A stretch of DNA of 64,000 nucleotides from Podarcis gaigeae. Lineage: Eukaryota. Below the pieces are notes generated by a model. It worked only from the letters and a program-made list of their open reading frames with translations, was not told the origin of the DNA and did not search any database. The stretch lies in the NCBI GenBank assembly GCA_964106915.2, contig OZ066924.1; one strand, written 5' to 3'. Position numbers and translations under genes: made by a program. Position 1 is the stretch's first letter. Each line of letters begins with the position of its first letter. This document shows positions 1 through 10,664 of the stretch, one piece after another.

Positions 1-299
1 AGAGTTCTTTGAGAGTTTAAGCAGCATATAGATAGAGGTGTTCTGGCTGACATTGTGTTCTTGGACTTTCTAAAAGCTTTTGGCAAAGTACCTTGTCAGA
101 GACTCTCCAGTATGCTTAGCAGTCGTGATATAAGCGGAGAGGTCCTCTTGTGGACCAGGAATTGGTTCAGTAACAAGAGGCAGAGTGTAGAAATAAATGA
201 GCAGTTCTGCTGGAGGGAAGGAAGGAAGGAAGGAAGGAAGGAAGGAAGGGAGCCCTCCATGAACCTGTGCTTTTAAACTTGTTCATAAATGATCTAGAG

Positions 300-437
300 C
301 AACCTTTCTCAACCTGTGGGTCCCCAGATGTTGTTGAAGTACAACTCCCATCACCCCTAGCTAGCAAGGCCAGAGTTCAGGGATGATGGGAATTGTAGTC
401 CAACAACATCTGGGGACCCACAGGTTGAGAACTGCTG
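300..437. mobile_element. foldback hAT MITE with SPIN-like termini
   Basis: Long inverted arms TTCTCAACCTGTGGGTCCCCAGATGTTGTTG / CAACAACATCTGGGGACCCACAGGTTGAGAA; 8-bp TSD ATCTAGAG at 292-299 and 438-445. Confidence 0.85.
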
Positions 438-445
438 ATCTAGAG

Positions 446-691
446 CATGGGTAGGCAACCTAAGGCCCGGGGCTGGATCCGGCCCAATCGCCTTCTAAAT
501 CCGGCCCTCGGACGGTCCAGGAATCAGTGTGTTTTTACATGAGTAGAATGTGTGCTTTTATTTAAAATGCATCTCTGGGTTATTTGTGGGGCATAGGAAT
601 TTGTTTTTTGTTTTCAAATTATAGCCCGGCCCTCCACAAGGTCTGGGCCACAGTGGACCGGCCCCCTGCTGAAAAAGTTTGCTGACCCCTG
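446..691. mobile_element. hAT-Charlie MITE, OposCharlie1 (OC1)-like
   Basis: Termini CATGGGTAGGCAACCT / AGTTTGCTGACCCCTG, GGCCC subterminal repeats, TSD ATCTAGAG at 438-445 and 692-699. Family name from memory. Confidence 0.8.
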
Positions 692-1095
692 ATCTAGAGT
701 TAGGGTTGTGGCCAAGTTTGCTCAAACAAAAAACGGATTCTGAGGAGCCCAAAAAGAACCTCTGCATACTGAGTGAATGCATCATAAAATGGCAGTTGAG
801 AGGAATTGAAAATAAAACTTACCAACATCATACTTCTGTTTTATACATCTGTGGGGTGTCTTCTTTTGGAATGCTTTGTACAGTTCTGGTCACCTTGCCT
901 GAAAAAAACGATGCTGTACAGTTGGAAAAGGCTCAGAAAAGGGCAGCCTTTTAAATGATGATTAAATGATGCCTGACATGGAGACAGTGAATAGAGGAAA
1001 GATTTTCTCCCTCTCTCATAACCCTGGAACTTGTGGGCATCCAGCATAGCTGCATCTTGGAGTATTCAGGACAGAGAGAAAGAAAGCGCTTCTCC

Positions 1096-1224
1096 AGCCT
1101 TCCCCTGAATTGGGGCCATCCAGGTGTTTTCACTACAACTCCCATCAGCACTGTCCCCATGGAGCTGCATGGATGGGAGTTGTAGTTCAAAACTTCCAGA
1201 GGGCACCAGGTTGGGGAAGGTTGC
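1096..1224. mobile_element. degenerate foldback MITE, same class as 300-437
   Basis: Inverted ACTACAACTCCCATC / GATGGGAGTTGTAGT and CCTTCCCC / GGGGAAGG. Confidence 0.65.
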
Positions 1225-1734
1225 TGCAGAGGTTTTGTCCAGTCAGATACTTTATGAAGCTCCAGGTGCTTCCTGGGCTGTGGATTTCCAGCCAGTGGTC
1301 TAACAGGTCCATTCGCAAGTGGAATGAATCTGTGTTCTGTTTCCATAGGAAAACGCAGCTTGGATGTGTTCCTTCACTGGATGAGCCAGTCGGTGTTGGG
1401 AAAAATTGGACTGTGACCCCATTTTTTAAGGAGTTTGTTTAAGATGTGCTTTTACACAACAGCCGCCCAATCCTCCTTCAGGCAACTGTAATGGAAGTTG
1501 CTGGTTATACTTAGTGACTGTAGTAGTGAATGCACAAATGCCAGAAAGCATCTTGACTTCCCTTTGCAACTGACTGCTCTGAAAATAATAGCACACCGAA
1601 TCAAAGAGCCCAAACAGGCACCCAAGAATGTTTTGCATTTTGACCATTCTGGGAAGGTTGACCTGCTAGCAGGTTGCCCAGGGGGGTGAACCTGCCACTT
1701 CATGTGTTTTTAAATCAGTCCATCACCTTCAGGA

Positions 1735-1926
1735 GCAAAGGAGGCTGCCGTATAGTGAGTCAGAGCCATGACCCATCATCAGTGTCTACTTTGATTTGGC
1801 CAGGCCTCTCTGGGATTTCAGGCAGAGAGGGGTCTCACCCAGCCCTGTCTGGAGAAGCCAGGCTTTGAACCTGGAACCTTCTGCAGGCACAGCAGATGCC
1901 GGACCACTGAGCTATAGCCCTCCCCC
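1735..1926 (-). mobile_element. tRNA-derived SINE (Squam3-like)
   Basis: Minus strand GGGGAGGGCTATAGCTCAGTGG...GCAGAAGGTTCCAGGTTCAA (A and B boxes), followed by body and a CTGACTCACTATACGGCAGC tail. Confidence 0.75.
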
Positions 1927-4330
1927 TAGCACAGAAGCAGGCAGGTGCACAGGTAAGTTGCAGCTCCTTTTTCAGACATGGTCAGCTTAGGATGTGGATG
2001 CATTTTTTCTTTCCTTATTCTCTTTGCCTCGTTTTGAAAAGTGTCCAATAATCTCATAAAGGGGGCTCATCTGTCATGGCCTTATGGTTTAGTATGCTTT
2101 TCTGGTGGTGTTTTGGAGACCCATTATGATGCATCAATGGGCATTTCTGTGGTCAGAGGTGCCATCTGGACAACCCGTTTGGAGTGGAGGCAGAATGCAG
2201 AAGTTGTGGGCACTTTGGTAAACACCAGCGGCTGCTTTTCTGTTTAAATAACGAGCGAGGGCTGTCATTAGGACACAGAAGTCCTTCCCAAGCAGAAGGG
2301 ATACTGAATGTTAAGCCAAAGCAAATATGTGAAACAGAATTCTGGGGAATAAATTATGCAGATGAAGTCCAAACCGTTTGTGCACAGGAAGCATTTGCTT
2401 TTGGGAGAAAGAAAGCCCTGCAAACATCGTCTTCTCCCATTTGGAACCTTCTCTAGCTCAAGACATAATCATCTGGGAATATCCCTCTTTTGAGCCCCAT
2501 AGAAATAAACAGGAGATGCGCAGGGCACAGTTTTTCTATTATTTATCTATCTAACAAATGAGGTTAAGTGGACAGGGCACCCCAGGAAATATGTCAAAGC
2601 TGATAATATTGAGAAAGAGCAAATGGTTAGAGCTGTTGAGAGGTGCAAAGGCGGCACCTTGATAAGAGCATCAGGAGAGCTCTGAAGCTGGAGAGACCAC
2701 AGGGGGCCCATCTGGTCTGGCATCCTGTTCATGCCGTGGCCAAGAGAAGCCCAAGAGCAGGACACAGGATCACCAGCAGCTGGTGTTCAGAGGTGCTTGG
2801 ATGGCACTGAAGGGCTTGGGAGATGTTGTGCAGTCCCCCGGTAACAACAAAAATTATCCAGGAGCTGCATATTGAAGGGGTTAAGTTTAAATCAGTGCTA
2901 AAATGCCAGCAGTAACCCTGGGTTTCCAAATGCACGAAGGGGTGAAGCTCCTGCAGTTACCATCTGTTGGCTGGGAGACTCATTGGCAGAAATGAAATCA
3001 AGAGAGCAGGCTAGAGAGCTTGATCCGCCTAATCCTTCTGCTGCAAACACTGTCTGGCTGCTGCCTTTGGGCAAACGGGTTTCCGTTGTTTGACTTCGCC
3101 CCATCCTTCAGCCTTGCCTTCTTCTCAGGTGGGGCTTCACAGCCCTTTCTTCAAACAGAGCTCATCCTCGCCCTGGGCTTTTGAGAGCTATCTCGTCTCA
3201 GCAGCTTTAATTGGAGGGTCCTGCTTTTTGTGGCGGGTGCAGTGGAGAGATTTAAAGCGTCTGTCTAAAGCACCATTGTTGTGTCAGTTCTGGTTCAGTG
3301 CAGTGGGAAGCTCCCTTCTTGCAATGAGGCGCAGTTTGTAAGGACCAACAGCAAAGGGTATCTTCTCTGCAGCAAATACAGCCTTTCTGTTGTGGGTTGA
3401 CTGTGGATGTGTTTGGAGGGGTGATGGGTCAGTTTACAGCAGGAGTGCCTCCCCCCCCCCGCCCCACCAGAGCACATTAGACTCCCAACTCCCACCATCC
3501 CTGCTCATTGGCCATGCTGGATACTGGAGCTGGTAAGAGCTGGGAGTCCAGCAACATCTGGAGGGCCACAGGTGTTCCCCATCTGTGGCTTAAAGGGCAG
3601 TGTGGTGCACATGATAGGAGGTGGCAGGTGTTGCTTTTTGCTCTTCAGGAGGATTGCAAAATGTTTACATTGATTGCATATATGAGATTCCTCATAGAAC
3701 GAATTGTCTTAACAGTTGTGCAAAGGCTAGAACAATAAAACCCCTTACTGGGATTAAAAATCACAGCGAAAGGAATCTCTGGAACAGGAATAGCAACAAC
3801 CTCTGGCTTATAGGGCAGTATATAAATTCAATTATTATTATTAAACAATTATCCTAACTTTGTCAGTACTGCCAGCTTGTACATCCAAGACTTTCTCCCA
3901 GGAAAAGAGCTGAGAATACTCCTGAGGTCACTCTCTCTCAATCAAGGAATCACCGAGACACAGTTTTGGGCCATGTTCTCCTTCTCATTTGCCCTCTTAC
4001 CTATTCCTTTTGTGAATTGCTTCTCATGACATATCTTGAATCGATTTCACAGTAAAATCGTCAAGAATAAAAACAATTGCATATATGCAAACAATCCTAT
4101 ATATGCAGTTTAAAACAGCTGCATATACAAAAACAATTTCAAATAGAGACGCAGACTGGGGCAACCTGAGTTATATTCACTGGAAAGGTTCTTTGTGTGC
4201 GTTTTCAGAGAGAGGCAGCCTGCCAGGGAGGAGGCGCAGGAGATGTTCCTGTTGTCATTCAAGCTAAGATACAGAGCTAGCCGTGTTAGTGGACAAGGTG
4301 GTGAAACAAGAGGAACAAGCTGAGATGCCC

Positions 4331-4351
4331 TTCAGCACCATGGTCAGCAGC
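4331..4351 (+). promoter_or_regulatory. RE1/NRSE-like site
   Basis: TTCAGCACCATGGTCAGCAGC: perfect left half-site, one mismatch in the right half-site (GGTCAG), divergent 3' end. Confidence 0.45.
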
Positions 4352-4421
4352 ACCAGCTGCTGTCTGATTCCGCATTGGGATGTGCCAAAGCGCTACCTGC
4401 CCCTCCTTGCTTGTGTCTTGT

Positions 4422-4783
4422 GCCTCGGTCCTGTATACCTGAAGGAGCATCTCCACCCCATCGTTCAGCCTAGACACTGAGGTCCAGCTCCAAGGGCCTT
4501 CTGGTGGTTTCCTCCCTGTGAGAAGTTGAGGTTACAGGGAACCAGGCAGAGAGCCTTATCAGTGGTGGCGCCCTCCCTGTGGAACACCCTCCCATCAGAT
4601 GTCAAGGAAATAAGCAACTATCTTACTTTTAAAGGACATCTGAAGGCAGCCCTGTTTAGGGAAGTTTTTAATATTTAATGCTGTATTGTTTTTAACACTT
4701 GATTGGGAGCCGCCCAGAGTGGCTGGGGAAACCCACCCAGATGGGCGGGGTATAAATAATACATAATTATTATAAATTATTGT
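4422..4783 (+). mobile_element. L2 LINE 3' end
   Basis: ORF2 C-terminus ...SVVAPSLWNTLPSDVKE...HLKAALFREVF, 3' UTR GCCGCCCAGAGTGGCTGGGG and AT-rich tail; four further copies in the window. Confidence 0.8.
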
Positions 4784-5282
4784 TATGTATTTCTTATTGT
4801 TGGAATGCATTGCGAAAGAGAGGCTGTTTTGTTATTTAAAGAGGGCTCGTTTGTGCAGGAAATGAGCTTGCAGTTGTTAGGCAGAGTCTGCTTGACATGT
4901 TTGTGCAGCGTTCTTAACCCTTTTCTATGCTGAGGCCTCTGCTCTAACGCAGCCCAGGATTTTATCACCTCTCCAGTAAGAGGTGCACATCCCAGTTAAT
5001 ATCTGCCGCTAAACATTTGACGGGCCACAATCCTTAACATGGTGCTTTGTTCAGGGCTGGAGGAAGGTGATTGGTGGTTTGAGGAATTTGGTCTAGTTCC
5101 CTTGCTATGGTCAGATGGTTCCCTAGTTTAGACTCCATGGGGCAGCAGGGTGTGTGGATGTGGTCTGCCTCCAGAGACCAATGGATCTGGGAAGTTTATT
5201 GTAGATGAGGCCAGTCTCTGAAATCAGAAGTTGGTCAGGGTTGTTGACACAATTTCTTTCTATGCAGGTTTTGGTGTCCTCG

Positions 5283-5815
5283 GGTGTCTTCCCGTGTAAA
5301 AGTTGGGGTGTCTAGGCGACGTTTCGACGAGGTCTCACTCGTCATCTTCAGGCTGGTGCTTTCGGCTTCTTGTTACTGGAACAGAGCGGGATCTCAATGT
5401 TTGAGTTCCTATAAATACTGTAGAGGGGGTGTGGTGTCTAGCCTCCAATGTTCTGGGCAGAGAGGAAGTTCCCAGGCTAGTGTGCCTTTTCTTCTTTTGT
5501 TCCTTAATTACTTGAGAGATACCTTGAGTGATTTCTTGAGTGATATCCTGAGTACCACTTAGGTGGGTCATTAGGTGTGGATTAGTTGCTAAAGTCTTTG
5601 TGTCTTGACCTCTTGAACTTTGTGAAGAGTTTTCCTGAGAAGATGGCTGTATTGCACTTAGTTGTGCTTTGGCTTGGCTTCGTGTATAGGGGCGAGCTGT
5701 GGTTTTGTGGCTTGTGTCAGCCAGATCTGTGTAGGGATTGCAGGGGGGTGCAGCATCCGGAGGTGCCACCATGGATTGGCTACTGGATGGTGTCAGTAAT
5801 TCATCTGTGGAGAAT
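5283..5815 (-). mobile_element. Penelope-like element 3' fragment with hammerhead-like pLTR motif
   Basis: Minus strand CTGAAGAT-GACGAG-tgagac-CTCGTC-GAAACGTC. Boundaries approximate. Confidence 0.6.
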
Positions 5816-6030
5816 TTCTTTCTATCTAGACACTTGAGGGGAGCCTCTTCTGCTCTGTGGTTTATGCTGAGCTGGGGCTGAGAAGGTGGGTGAGATGTGA
5901 GCTCAAGCCCCTCTTGTCTAGCGTCTGATGGATGTTACCCACCCCGCCTCGCCTCTCCCAGAGCATTGGTCTTCCTCTCCCTGTACAGTCAGTCACTAAT
6001 GCATTTGCACCCTTCTCCAGAGCAGGAGCC

Positions 6031-6032
<2 letters not shown>

Positions 6033-6090
<58 letters not shown>
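6033..6090 (+). repeat. (GT)n(GA)n compound microsatellite
   Basis: Seen directly. Confidence 0.95.
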
Positions 6091-6098
<8 letters not shown>

Positions 6099-6951
6099 AG
6101 CGCTCTGGTGTGCATTTGATGGGCCATTTTCTGCTAGAGGCTCAGCTGCATCTTCTGTGGTTTATCCACCCACATGCTTAGGGAAGAATTGCTTACCATA
6201 CAGTTTATCTGGAGTTCAGAGCTTTACTCTTCAGGAAGTTGGAATGAAGTAGAGAGATAACTAGGATTTTTTAAATATAGAATTATGTATACCTCATAGA
6301 CATCAAAGCACTTGGCCTACATTGCCGAACTCTTTCTTTATCAGTTTTAATAATTCCTCACTGATTCAGCCCCAAATTAAGTCTTAGCAGTGAATTAAAA
6401 CTCCAAGCCCCCACAGTGCAGAATGTTTAAACTCCTAACTGGAAGTGGAAGCCCAGGGAAAGGCTGTCGCTTTGCCTGCAGAAGCTTCCAGGTTCCTTCT
6501 CCAGCTTCATCTGAATAAAGCTTTCTTGGAGAGCTGCTGCAGCTCAGAGTGGACCTCTTCCAACCCCTTCCTCTGTGGATTGTCTTTGGCTACCTTAAAT
6601 TCCTTGGTATCTAGACTGAAGCCCTATTCTGCCTCCACGAGGAATGCATCCAGAGAGCTTCTGTGTGGCGGCAGCTTGTTCTGAGGAGGCGCTGCTATTA
6701 GAAAGCAGCTTCCCTGGTGGGGTTGACACAACTGCTTGGAGAGCCTCCCTGTTGGTGCTCTGCATTCCTGGCAGGAGGCTCCTGGAGTCTCTCACGGGTT
6801 GTGGCTGTCAGGCCTTTGAACCTGGCATTGGACCATCAGGAGATTCCCCAGGCTAGGTCTGGAGGTGATCTCTTTTTCTTCCTTCCGCTCTCTGGTCTGG
6901 GAGTGAGCTTCATGTTGGATGACCTGCCCTGGTGTGGCTTGTCTTTGGAGC

Positions 6952-7379
6952 TGTCACAGTCCGGTTCACGGGCGATCGAAGTCCTGGCAGGGGACATCAG
7001 GACCGGGGGCAAGATCGCGGGGTGGGAGCAGGAAGGGGGGTCCAGAAGCCAGGAGCCAAGAGTCCGAGGGTCAGAGAGCCGGGAGTCAAGAAGCCAAGGG
7101 TCCGAGGGTCAGGAAGCAGGGAGTCAAGAAGCAGAGGTTCAAGGATCAGGAAGCAAGAAGCCAAATGCAGCAAGGCAGGAAACGTGTTGCTGCGGCAAAA
7201 AGCCAAAGGGAAATGCTGACCTTATATCCCTTCCTAGCTCTTGCCACCAGGTGCTGTGAGTTACCAGTCGGCCTCACCTGTGTGGCTGCGCCTTGCCTCT
7301 TTAGAACAAACTTAGGAAAGCCCCAGTCCTGCAAAGTCCTATTGGTCACAGGGCCTGGCTCCTGCACGCACACCTGACA
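6952..7379 (-). mobile_element. probable solo LTR (Gypsy-like)
   Basis: TGTCA...TGACA termini, internal ~37-bp tandem duplications, CCAAT then GATATAAG on the minus strand. Flanks GGAGC/CCAGC are not a clean TSD. Confidence 0.5.
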
Positions 7380-7989
7380 CCAGCTGCCACACACTCACCT
7401 GAGAGAACCAGCGCTTATTTTGGCTTCTCCAGACCCTTCCCTTTCCCCATAAACGTTGGCAACTCCCATCATTCGCCCTCCGCTAAAGCATTTTGGTCAT
7501 TTATTTCCATCGAATTCTTCTGTGGCCTTTTGAAAATAGCCACACAATCTCTTCATCTCGCTCTCACTCAGAAGGCAGATCAGGAAAAAAAGATGTCTTG
7601 ATGACAGGTACATGCTGAAAAATAAGGAAGCATAATTGAAACAGCAGGCCAATGTAAACCAAAATAACAGCAGTTACTATGCTGTGACTAATTAATTAAT
7701 TAAAATGCCTTTTTCCAAACACAACGTACCATAAAAATGGCTAAAAATAGGTTTAAAAACAAACTCACGGTGGGTTTAAAAACAATATAGAATAAGCACT
7801 GAAAGCAGAGACCTCTTCATCCAACTGGAAAAGCCTTTTCAAACAAAAATGTATTTAATTGTTAATGAAAGTACAGATAGTTGGCCCCTATTGTATCTCG
7901 GCAAGGATTCTGTTCCACAAAACAGGGGCTGCCACATGGAAAGCCCTGCTCTGAGTTACTGCTTTTGTTTTATGGACTTTAAGGTGAAA

Positions 7990-9000
7990 AACTCCCACGG
8001 AAAGCAGTGACCTGCTGATTGTAGCAGATCTAAAGGCTGCCAGTGAACTCATCCCCAGTCAATTTCTCTAAACCTTTTAAAGCCATCTAAGCTAGTTGCC
8101 ATAATCACATATTCCGGCAGCAAGTTCTGTAAGTTAATTAAAAATGTGAAGTGGATTTTTCTCTTGTGTCCTGAATCTGCTATTAGTTAGTTTCACTAGG
8201 TGATCGAAAGAGAGAGGGAAAAATCTGATGGGAAATTAAACCTTTGCTTCTCATATACTGTGTGTAACCTCTGCCCCAAGCTCCCCCCTCCACACTTCAT
8301 ACACACAACTTCTGTCTGTCTAAAAATCTCCAAAAGTCAGCATTTCCTCTTCTTGGTGGTGCTCCAGTTCCCTGATCATTTTGAACCATGAACATCACTT
8401 TTGTGATGTTCTTTTTTGAGATGAGACAACCAGAAGTGTCTGTAATATTCCAGATTCAGGTAGGTAGCCGTGTTGGTCTGGTAGAAATATATATATAAAA
8501 TAAATTGTCCAGTAGCACCTTAGAGACCAACTAAGTTTGTTCTTGGTATGAGCGTCAGGTATCTGAAGAAGTGTGCACGCACACAAACGCTCGTACCAAG
8601 AACAAACTTAGTTGGTCTCTAAGGTGTTACTGGACAATTTTTTATTTTTATATATTTGTAATATTCCAGATGTGGTTGCACCACAAATTTCAATAGCAGC
8701 AGTACAGTACTTGAGACTTTATTTCCTAATACTCTGTAGCATGAAATTTGTCTTCTCACAGCTGCTGCTGCTGCTGCTGCTGCTGCACACTGCCCCATAT
8801 TTCCATTGGTTTCTCAACTGCAACCCCAACATCTCTCTCTCCTGGTCAGTTGTCACCAGCTCAGACTCCTTCAGTATATATGGGATGTACTCCCCACTTC
8901 CTCTCCCCCAGTCCTCATCACTTCATGCTTATTCAGATTGAACCTCGTTTGCCATTTTATTGCCCATTCATCCAGCTGGGAGAGATCCCCTGACTTCCGA
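7990..9000 (-). mobile_element. old CR1 LINE 3' fragment
   Basis: Minus strand remnants PHLEY...FWLSHLKK and MATSLDGFKR; interrupted by the element at 8456-8656 and by (CTG)n. Confidence 0.7.
8456..8656. mobile_element. palindromic Penelope/Neptune-like pLTR insertion
   Basis: ~70-bp inverted arms around a degenerate hammerhead core; 15-bp TSD TGTAATATTCCAGAT at 8441-8455 and 8657-8671. Confidence 0.8.
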
Positions 9001-9829
9001 TTTGTGCCTTACGAGGACTAAGGCTGTGTTCTGCAATGCTGCTACAACCCATCCACCTATTCCCATTTTGAGAGGGTGTGTCCTTAAACCTCCATCAGAG
9101 GCAGCCAAACACACAAAGAGGACCGCCCAACAAACGAGCATTGAAAACTTTGACCAGGATCTCAGGAGGGAGTGAAGAGCTTGAGTTTTGTGGGGTGGGA
9201 GGGTACTTTGCATGCTTCTCAAGAAGAGACGTGAGGAGCAGCCGCTGATGTGAGCCTCAGGGTGACAAGTTGGTCTTGAGGAAGCCTCATGAAGTGGAGC
9301 CTTCAGAGGAGAAGCTCCAACCTTGTTGAGAGAGTTCCACCTCTCCCTTTGGGCCCCCCAAAGGCTGCAAGGTGATTTCCAAGTTCCAAGTCATAAATAT
9401 GGTAAAAATAATAACTGTGCAGCAAAAGCCAGAAACCGATTAAACTAGTAGCGAGGAGTAGGCATAAATGCAAGTCAGTTTAAAGTAATATAAAGCTAAC
9501 AGCAGGCATTGGAGAGGTTTGGGCAGAGAGTTCTGCCTTTCCTTCCTTCCAGTGGGGAATTTTTGTTCTTGTTGGGCGTTGGGTCACACTGGCTGGGTTG
9601 TCAGCTACTCTCTAGGGCTGCTGGGGAGCCACCTGGCTCTCTCTGAAGCACAGTCTCCGTGCCCAAGTTTGCGTGCACCAGTGATGATGTTTTGGCAGTT
9701 AATGCCAGAGTGGGTGTACAGCCGGTGATGAAGAGATACGGGATAAAAAGACCGACCCCCCCCCCCCGGCAACTATGCAATTGCAATTAGCTGCAGCCCC
9801 TGCAGCCTCTCCCTTTCCTAGCGAGCTGT

Positions 9830-10544
9830 GAAGAAATCAGTTGTGGGTGCTCTGCTCCGTGTGTGTGTGTGTGTGTGTGTGTGTCCGCCTTGCTGTGCTG
9901 CCTGCTCTCATCTTTCCCGAGGAGGAGCTCGTTCGTTGCTTTTTGTCACATTGCTTTTTGCCACTGAATGGATAATAAAATTAAGGAATTGTTTCATGCC
10001 AGGGTGTGCGGGGGAGAGGGAGGGTGTGGGGCTGCATGGCTCCAGGCAGAAACACGGAGGAGGAGGAGGAGGAGTTGAAGTAACAGGAGCTGCACGGCAG
10101 TGGCGGCAGCAGCAGCAGCGGCGGTGGCGGCTTTCCTTTTCTTTCCCAGCACAATGCTGAAGAGAAGGACGAAGTTGAGCTGCTCCTCTGGCTGTCTGGG
10201 AAACTGAACGCAGGCTGGAGATCCAAGCTGTGCCTTGGAAGGGCCTTTCTAGAGCAGCGCTTCCAGAGTGACCTCGCCGCTCCTTCGGCTTCTCTGTTTC
10301 TCCTGCGGGCTCAGGGCAGCTGTGGATTTTTTTGATTTAAAAAGTCTTCCACTTTACACTTCCTGCCGCCTGGATGCTGTGGAGCCCGATGCCTTTCCCA
10401 CCACGACCCGTGAAAGACCCCACCCTCGCCCGGGGCTGCTCCTTCTGGGAAAGGGAGCTTTCGTAGTCTTTCACTTTCCTTTGATTTCCCCAAGTTTCTT
10501 TTCTGTTTGCATTTCCTTATGCTTTTGTGTGTTTTAGCCGCAAG
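9830..10544 (+). promoter_or_regulatory. putative internal promoter and non-coding first exon of the bMunc13-2 transcript
   Basis: Locally GC/CpG-richer, with (TG)n, (GGA)n and GCA/GCG tracts; ends in a consensus donor CAAG|GTAAGT at 10544/10545. The downstream big exon has an acceptor and an in-frame stop before its ATG. The 5' boundary is a guess. Confidence 0.5.
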
Positions 10545-10624
10545 GTAAGTTCTAAGACTGCAAGCATGAAGTTTGAGGCAGCTCTCAAGAGGTGGGGGGA
10601 GATGGACGGCTCTGTGTGAGTGTT

Positions 10625-10664
<40 letters not shown>

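Larger units (their letters stand above)
1..1090 (+). mobile_element. degraded CR1 LINE ORF2 (RT) fragment interrupted by (GGAA)n and two MITEs
   Basis: DIVFLDFLKAFGKVP...WTRNWFSNKRQSV; LFINDLE|LG...AKFA; QLEKAQKRA motifs. Confidence 0.85.

Noticed and set aside
7040-7165. Spaced direct repeats as a CRISPR-like array
   Set aside because: Vertebrate DNA; degenerate tandem duplications inside an LTR-like element with no unique spacers.
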